Positions 58,099 through 64,000 of a stretch of DNA of 64,000 nt are shown here, piece after piece. Within the stretch, counting starts at the first letter, position 1; each line of letters begins with the position of its first letter. Below the pieces are notes generated by a model. That model was not told the DNA's origin, ran no database searches, and saw nothing but the letters and a program-made list of their open reading frames with translations. The stretch is from Candidatus Latescibacterota bacterium. GTDB lineage: Bacteria; Latescibacterota; UBA2968; GCA-2709665. The position numbers and the translations under genes were made by a program. The stretch lies in assembly GCA_965237675.1 (NCBI GenBank), contig OZ250150.1:3616001-3680000 (forward strand). The letters run 5' to 3'.

Positions 58099-59727
58099 AT
58101 GTCGCATAGGAATGGCGGAAAGATAGGCTGGAATGCTGTCAGCAGTACCGGCGTTGTTGCCGCGGGCGGTGAAGGGGCGGTGGCGGCTGGAATCGGGATC
58201 CTCGACCGGGGCGGGAATGCGGCCGACGCGGCGGCAGGCACCATCCTGGCGCTGAATGTGACCGATCACGGTGCGTGCTCCATCGGCGGCGAGGTTCCCG
58301 TAATGATCTACGATGCGCGCAAACGGGAGGTCAAAACGCTCTCCGGGCAGGGCCGTGCGCCGCTCTCGCGGGAAGCGATTGACTGGTACATGAAAAACGG
58401 CATTCCCGACAAAGACATCAAGATGGCGCCGGTCCCGTCGGTCGTGGATCTGTGTACGACGCTGCTCCGGCGGTATGGTACCAGAACGTTTGAGGAGATT
58501 GTTACGCCGACGCTGGCGATCCTGGATGCCGGGGAGGAGTCCTGGCATCCCAGACTCGCCGTGACGCTGCGCAGGCTGGTCGACGCGGAGCAGGCCGCAC
58601 GCGGCAGCCGGGAGGAGAAATTGACGGCCGCGAGCGACCGCTTCTATGGCCGGAACGGAGCCAGACAGGACGTCGCCGATGAGTTGGAGGCGGATTATAT
58701 CGAAAAGGGTGGTTTCCTCCGCAAAGCAGACCTCGCGGCGCACCGGACGCTGATTGAAGATCCGGTTGTGGTAAACTACAGAGGATACGACGTGTATAAA
58801 TGCGGTCCGTGGACACAGGGGCCCTATCTGTGCCAGGCTCTGCGCCTGCTGGAGGGCTTTGATCTGAAATCCATGGGCCACCTTTCTGCGGATTACGTAC
58901 ATGTGGCAGTCGAAGCGATCAAGCTGGCGATGGCCGACAGGGACGCGTATTACGCGGACCCGGACTTCGTCGCCGTTCCGTTGTCCGAACTGCTGTCGGA
59001 CGCCTATTCCGAAATTCGCCGGCCGCTGATCGATATGGACGAGGCATCCGTGGAAGCCCGTCCCGGCGATCCGTACGGACTGAAGCCACTTGGGGGGAAG
59101 GGTGTATTCGAACCGGGTATCGGCGGTACGACCACCTGTGTGGTCGCGGACCGCTGGGGGAATGTTGTCGCGGCAACGCCGAGCGCGAATGTATACCGTG
59201 GTGAAACACCCCTGGGCGGGCGGACGGGGGTTTCTTACGGGAACCGCTTGAGAAGCCTCAATACGACCCCGGGTCATCCGAACTGTATCCAGCCGGGGAA
59301 GCGTCCGCGTATCACGTTGACCCCGACGCTGGTTTTAAAGGACGGTCAGCCGGTTCTGGCGATCAGCGTCGCGGGCGGAGATTTGCAGGACCAGGCAACG
59401 CTGAATCTGCTTCTGGATTTTATTGAGTTCGACATGCTTCCCGAAGCGGCCGTCACCGCGCCGCGCTTCGCCACGGCGCACCACGAGGACTCGTTCGATC
59501 CCAATCCGGATCGGGCCGCAACGTTTAAATCGGTCGGTTCCCTGTCGATTAGCGACCGTGTCAGCAGGGACGTCCGTGCCGAACTCGCCGGGCGCGGGCA
59601 TCGCGTCGCGTCGAGCGCGTCACCGATCGCGACACCCGTGATGCTCTTCGTGGACCGGGAGAGCGGGCAGTTTCACGCCGCGGGCGACCCCGACGCCGGG
59701 CGTCACGCGGCAGGACTGACGGGATAA
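58099..59727 (+). CDS. Gamma-glutamyltransferase family Ntn-hydrolase
   Basis: GGNAADAA, SIGGE, KLAMADR, GTTTCVVADRWGN, PGKRPR.TL.P, GGD.Q.Q, APRF. Confidence 0.92.
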   Translation: MSHRNGGKIGWNAVSSTGVVAAGGEGAVAAGIGILDRGGNAADAAAGTILALNVTDHGACSIGGEVPVMIYDARKREVKTLSGQGRAPLSREAIDWYMKNGIPDKDIKMAPVPSVVDLCTTLLRRYGTRTFEEIVTPTLAILDAGEESWHPRLAVTLRRLVDAEQAARGSREEKLTAASDRFYGRNGARQDVADELEADYIEKGGFLRKADLAAHRTLIEDPVVVNYRGYDVYKCGPWTQGPYLCQALRLLEGFDLKSMGHLSADYVHVAVEAIKLAMADRDAYYADPDFVAVPLSELLSDAYSEIRRPLIDMDEASVEARPGDPYGLKPLGGKGVFEPGIGGTTTCVVADRWGNVVAATPSANVYRGETPLGGRTGVSYGNRLRSLNTTPGHPNCIQPGKRPRITLTPTLVLKDGQPVLAISVAGGDLQDQATLNLLLDFIEFDMLPEAAVTAPRFATAHHEDSFDPNPDRAATFKSVGSLSISDRVSRDVRAELAGRGHRVASSASPIATPVMLFVDRESGQFHAAGDPDAGRHAAGLTG

Positions 59728-59812
59728 TATAAATGCAAGAAATACGGCAACACCTGGAAGTGTCGCCTGAATACAGCATGGGCGGCACCGCCGCATTTTC
59801 GGACTCTGTTAC

Positions 59813-59850
59813 AAAACGACGGCCCTGCTGATATTCAATCAGCAGGGCCG
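59813..59850 (-). terminator. Terminator downstream of the tRNA
   Basis: CGGCCCTGCTGAT...ATCAGCAGGGCCG hairpin followed by a T-run on the minus strand. Confidence 0.75.
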
Positions 59851-59870
59851 ATTCGATTGGCAGACTGATC

Positions 59871-59946
59871 TGGTGACCCCGAGGGGAGTCGAACCCCCGT
59901 TTCCAGGGTGAGAACCTGGTGTCCTAGGCCACTGAACGACGGGGTC
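59871..59946 (-). tRNA. tRNA-Glu (anticodon CTC)
   Basis: GACCCCG acceptor stem, CCAGG-TTCTCAC-CCTGG anticodon arm, GGTTCGACTCC T-arm, encoded CCA. Confidence 0.96.
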
Positions 59947-59965
59947 ACCCGGTCAAAGCGGCGGA

Positions 59966-59994
59966 AATGTACCAAAAACAGCCGGGTGTGTCAA
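59966..59994 (-). promoter_or_regulatory. tRNA promoter
   Basis: TTGACA-N17-TACATT. Confidence 0.75.
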
Positions 59995-60054
59995 GGGAAT
60001 TAAGAATAAAGGAGTTAGACGCCATCTCGGCCCCTGGCGTCAGCTGCCGGACTT

Positions 60055-60426
60055 TCAATCTCGTGGTGGAACGGCGCACAGGAAGCTGAAGGGTTCTTCG
60101 CCCGTGTTCTCGAACTGATGTTGCTCGTTCGGGGGTATGTACACAATATCGCCGGGGCCGATTTCGAACACCTCCCAACCCATCAGAAGGCGGGCGGTGC
60201 CCCTGAGGACGTAGACGCCGTGGTCGTGGTCGTGGCGATCGAAGGAGGTCTGCCCGCCGGGGGCGATTTCGTAGTACCTCATGCCGAAGTTGACGGCGCC
60301 GTCTTTCTTGCCGATCACGACCTGTTTCGTGCCCCCCACGGCCCCGCCTTTGTCGTACGGCTCGACGTTGACGCCTTCCCACGTGTAGCAATCTTCCGTG
60401 CCGGAAAAACGGTGTAACACGCCCAT
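60055..60426 (-). CDS. Cupin domain protein
   Basis: HDHDHGVYVLRG and GDIVYIPPNEQHQFEN cupin motifs. Confidence 0.9.
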   Translation of the reverse strand: MGVLHRFSGTEDCYTWEGVNVEPYDKGGAVGGTKQVVIGKKDGAVNFGMRYYEIAPGGQTSFDRHDHDHGVYVLRGTARLLMGWEVFEIGPGDIVYIPPNEQHQFENTGEEPFSFLCAVPPRD

Positions 60427-60528
60427 GGGTATCCCTGGGGGAATCCGTCCCCTTGCAATGCATCCGGATCGGTTTGAGGTCGGAAAACGGGTAAAGCGGC
60501 AAAGCTGGCTATTGGGGTGCCAGGACAC

Positions 60529-61572
60529 TTACATGAAATTCCTTACGCCGCTTCCGTGGAGTTCGGAAATGCGGGCGGCGGTTTCCGCGTCGAAGCCCAC
60601 CTGGATCAGTTCACGAATACGTTTGTTGTGCATCATACTGTAAAGGTCGCGCACCAGGTCACGGCCCTTTTCGATTTGTTCCGGTGAGGACCCGCCGCCG
60701 GCGAGGGTCATCATCGCGTTCAACACAAAGGGGCTGGCTCCCGAAACCTGCTGCAGAAAGGCGGTGCGTTTTTCCGCGGCGCTGGCGAGCCGGTCAATGA
60801 CTTCGGGGCGTTGCTGGACGTGGTAGCCGATGTGGGAAAGACCGTAACCGACGTGCCGGCCCTCGTCCTGGCGGACGAGTTTGAAGACCCGCGCGGTCAC
60901 GGGGTCGGGAGACACTTCCTCCAGGAACCTGAGCAGTTCCATAAAGGTGCCTTCGCCCAGCACGTGGAGGAGGAAGGAGGCGTCCGTGAAGTCGTCCTGG
61001 GCGAGCAGGCTCTGAAGAGACCATTCCGTGGCGGAGGAAACGTATTGAAGGCCCCCGCCGTTGGCCAGCGCCCGTTTGGTGAAGACTTCAACGTGCCTTG
61101 CCTCGTCCATTATCTGGCTGGAGAGAAACAGGATGACTTCCGAAAAGCATGGGTCGATGCGTCCGATGAACTTGGCGGGAAGGTACAGGGCCAGGTATTC
61201 GTTCTGGATCATGAAGGTGCAGATTTGACAGACCGCGCGTTCCAGGTCTTCGGGAAGTTCGGACAGGTCGTGCCATGGGATATCCGTAGTGGCATTCCAC
61301 TGACCCTGTTTGGCCTGTTCCACCAGGTCGGCGATATTCTCCGCCCACACCTCGGTTTTTTGGTCGATGCCGAAGTCGAAGGCGGGGGTTTTGGGGTCCA
61401 CAACCGAACCGCGTTGCGCGAGGCCGTGGTTGGGCGGCGCCCGGTCCGGGACGCTGCCGGATTTGCCGACAAGACAGTCGGGCAGGAGAATTCCCCGGCC
61501 GTCGCGCGGCGGTACTTTAATACCCCAGTCCGGGTCGCCCCACGAGGATGTATCGGGAACGATTGGATCCAA
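60529..61572 (-). CDS. Ferritin-like di-iron protein
   Basis: QWNATTDIPW, QNE, DEARH, LGEG, DEGRH ligand pattern; GAGGAG RBS before TTG. Confidence 0.85.
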   Translation of the reverse strand: MDPIVPDTSSWGDPDWGIKVPPRDGRGILLPDCLVGKSGSVPDRAPPNHGLAQRGSVVDPKTPAFDFGIDQKTEVWAENIADLVEQAKQGQWNATTDIPWHDLSELPEDLERAVCQICTFMIQNEYLALYLPAKFIGRIDPCFSEVILFLSSQIMDEARHVEVFTKRALANGGGLQYVSSATEWSLQSLLAQDDFTDASFLLHVLGEGTFMELLRFLEEVSPDPVTARVFKLVRQDEGRHVGYGLSHIGYHVQQRPEVIDRLASAAEKRTAFLQQVSGASPFVLNAMMTLAGGGSSPEQIEKGRDLVRDLYSMMHNKRIRELIQVGFDAETAARISELHGSGVRNFM

Positions 61573-61620
61573 GGACGGTTACTCCTCTGATATGCGGAGG
61601 GCCCGGTACCGCGCCTTCCG

Positions 61621-62787
61621 TTATTGCCCGTTGTTGAGAACAAGCTTGACGAAGTCGCCGAAGTCGGTTGTCTCATAGGTCCTGAAGGAGGTCAGCATGG
61701 ATGGCGTCCACTCGTCGTGCCAGATCCAGGCGGTCCATCCGATGCTGCGGGTCCGGCAGAAATCGATCAGGGGCCGGCCGTAGTCCTGTCTGATTCTTCC
61801 GGGATCTTCCGAATGTCCGTACCCCCATTCGCCCAGGAAGACCGCTGCGGTTTTATCCAGATCCCCAAGAACGCCCTTCCACGCTTCGCCTTTCCAGGGA
61901 TAGGGATGGGTTTCGTAGACGACGTTGGGGCGGTCCACCGGGTCGTCGAGGGCCCCGCTCAGGTCGTACCCCCAGTCGGTGCCGGAAACCAGGACGAGCG
62001 CCAGGGGATCGACGGCGTGGATGACGTCCACCAGCGATTCGGCGATGGGGCGCCATTCGTTCCAGGTGATGAATGCGGGTTCGTTGAACGTGCCGTATAT
62101 GACGTTGGGCACGTCCCGGTATCTTCGGGCTAACTCGTCAAGAGCCTCAATTGCCAGGGTCAGGTCAGGGTTGTACGGATTGCCTCGCCAGGGGTGCCGG
62201 TACCCCCATTCGGGGTGTTCCGTCTGCCCGGTGAGCGGGTTCCCGTGCGCGTGCCAGCCAAGGAAGATGTAGACGCCACGCCGTTGTCCCCATGCGACGA
62301 TCGGATCGACGAACGCGGGCAGGTAGTCCCGATACCGTTGCCAGAGGCCGGGATGAATGGGCACCCGGATAACGTCCACGTTCCATTCGTCGGCCAGGAT
62401 GTCGAGTGCGTCCGTGCCCCGGCGGGTGGCGGCGGCCAGAAAGTACGGATCGATCACGGCAACGCCGCGCAGGACGGCGTCAACACGCTGACCGAACGCG
62501 TCCGCGAACGCCAGAAAGTCGGCGAAATCGACGCTGCCGCTGCTGTCGAGGTCGTAATAGACGTTGAACGAGCCGTAGGCGTCCGCAAACAGCAGAAAGT
62601 CCGAAAGGTCCACGTGCCCGTGGCCGTCAAAGTCCGCGGCTGCGGCGTTCACACTGATTATTCTGTTTCCTTCAACCCGCAGTCTCGACGGGTTTTCGCC
62701 TGCACCCGCCAGGGCCGGCGTGAGGGTCAGGGCCAGGATCAGTATTGCAAAGACATAACTTCTGATTTTCCAGACGGAATTGGACAT
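61621..62787 (-). CDS. Exported GH5-family glycoside hydrolase with an inserted dockerin/EF-hand-like pair
   Basis: Signal peptide; VIRVPI, WH, FNEP, HPYP, LGEWG, GWTAW; DFDGHGHVDLSDF and DLDSSGSVDFADF. Confidence 0.88.
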   Translation of the reverse strand: MSNSVWKIRSYVFAILILALTLTPALAGAGENPSRLRVEGNRIISVNAAAADFDGHGHVDLSDFLLFADAYGSFNVYYDLDSSGSVDFADFLAFADAFGQRVDAVLRGVAVIDPYFLAAATRRGTDALDILADEWNVDVIRVPIHPGLWQRYRDYLPAFVDPIVAWGQRRGVYIFLGWHAHGNPLTGQTEHPEWGYRHPWRGNPYNPDLTLAIEALDELARRYRDVPNVIYGTFNEPAFITWNEWRPIAESLVDVIHAVDPLALVLVSGTDWGYDLSGALDDPVDRPNVVYETHPYPWKGEAWKGVLGDLDKTAAVFLGEWGYGHSEDPGRIRQDYGRPLIDFCRTRSIGWTAWIWHDEWTPSMLTSFRTYETTDFGDFVKLVLNNGQ

Positions 62788-62810
62788 ACCGGAACGTGAA
62801 CTAAACGCAA

Positions 62811-62928
62811 TGTCATGCTGAGGAAGCCGCCAGGCGGACGAAGCGTCCGTCCGTATTCGTTAGCGAGGGCTCTTGCCGCACTTACAATGGAATGGACGGG
62901 AGATTCTTCGACTACGCTCAGAATGACA
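62811..62928. repeat. TGTCATGCTGAG...CTCAGAATGACA palindromic element
   Basis: Its reverse complement carries both end types found in the 3866-4475 cluster. Confidence 0.8.
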
Positions 62929-63021
62929 GCGCAGCGGATCATCAGGTCGGCGAAATCCCTTCAATGATCCCTGAAATGCATCACCGGATTATGCGCGAAA
63001 TGCGTCCGTCCGGTCCGGGTG

Positions 63022-63137
63022 GTGGGGGCTTTTCCGCGTTATTCCGTCCAGCATCGTTGTTCTGGCTCGATCCAAACGTCCGCAGGGCAACGACGCTCGT
63101 TATTTCCGTGAGGCGATTTGCGGAAAAGCAGCCCCGC
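63022..63137 (+). repeat. Family C ~120-bp structured repeat, copy 2
   Basis: GTGGGGGCTTTTCCGCGTTATTCCGTCCAGCATCGTTGTTCTG...CGCAGGGCAACGACGCT...GCGGAAAAGCAGCCCCGC. Confidence 0.75.
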
Positions 63138-63402
63138 GGCGCCCTTCTTTTTCGCCCTTTTTCTTGGGCGATGCAAGAAAAAGGGCAGGGGATAGGGGAC
63201 GTTAGAGGGTGGTGGAACTTCAACCTCACGGGTAGCGTAGAGCGCATCTCGACAGGCTTAATCGAAAGAACGGTGAAATATCGCTGGGACTAGACCCGGC
63301 GCAGCAGGCAAGCCGGAAATACCACGCTCTACCCTTGGCCCTTTATCATTAACACGAATCCCTGAACAAGCAGCGTGAACAAATATATACACATTTTGCA
63401 AG

Positions 63403-63427
63403 GTGGAGCGGACATTCTTGTCTGCTC
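63403..63427. repeat. REP-like palindrome
   Basis: GTGGAGCGGACATTCTTGTCTGCTC, same family as 6130-6154. Confidence 0.65.
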
Positions 63428-63761
63428 ACATACATCAACCCGAATCCTGGGAATCCTGTGTCCGGACACACCACGACTCGTCGCCGTCTCACCCACTGCA
63501 AAACGGACGGCGCTATTTATCGGATCACCTTAAACTCACGGGCGTCACCGGGACTTTCCGGCTCGACGAGCCATTGTACCGGGGCGTAAGATGATCGATT
63601 TGCGAATAACCCAACTTAGCATCCCGTCTGCGAAAGATAGGGATAAACATGGTGCCTGGCAAGGTCGAATGGGATTTCGACAATGGTTGGTGAATCTTGA
63701 CTTCGCAAGATAAACATCGTAATTTGAAAAAGTAGACATCAAGAATACAGATGGGGGCCGT

Positions 63762-63989
63762 GTGATTGCCGAACTCACCTCGCGCATGATTTCTTTGTCG
63801 CGTGTGATTGCCAGAGGCGAGCGAATCCGCGAACTTCGGCGATTGGTACATACTTTTGGCGGTAGGAAATCCAGGTGGACAAAGAAGAGCAGCCCGCGTT
63901 TTGAGATAGATGGTCACCTGTATGAGTATCACTGGTACGAACATCCCGATGTGGGCCGGGTCGAACTGAAAAGGAAAAGGGTCGCCTGA
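63762..63989 (+). CDS. Small basic hypothetical protein, possibly first gene of a TA-like pair
   Basis: IARGERIRELRRL..FGG...W.K....HWYEHP.VGR.E.K. TTGACT-N17-TAATTT promoter at 63697-63725; next ATG at 63991. Confidence 0.7.
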   Translation: MIAELTSRMISLSRVIARGERIRELRRLVHTFGGRKSRWTKKSSPRFEIDGHLYEYHWYEHPDVGRVELKRKRVA

Positions 63990-64000
63990 AATGACGGTTA

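Noticed and set aside
59871-59946. tRNA as an integration site for an island
   Set aside because: No integrase, and no duplicated tRNA 3' end seen in the window.

Overview
A GC-rich, gene-dense bacterial chromosome segment with about 50 CDSs. Housekeeping genes include dapL, nadB, guaA, glnA, hrcA-grpE-dnaJ, a short metG, a stand-alone mraY and tRNA-Glu(CTC). They are mixed with many catabolic or accessory genes: Gfo/Idh/MocA, PhyH and PhyH-HEAT, deacetylases, a heparinase-like protein, a MaoC/CitE/CoA-transferase operon, M20/M24 peptidases, GGT, GH5, an exported TldD/TldE pair, an NHL + large outer-membrane protein + Omp85 module and a MazEF-type pair. This content suggests an FCB-group organism such as Latescibacterota, possibly host-associated (inference only). 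I saw no CRISPR array, prophage or transposase. The intergenic DNA does carry several families of short palindromic repeats and MITE-like elements. The strongest novelty candidate is the roughly 520-bp leader of the short metG, which looks like a two-tier methionine-sensing attenuator. It has a consensus promoter, a 52-aa leader with an MYMM cluster and terminator/antiterminator pairing. A second Met-codon stretch further downstream pairs with the metG Shine-Dalgarno sequence and start codon. All family assignments are by motif recognition only; no searches were run.
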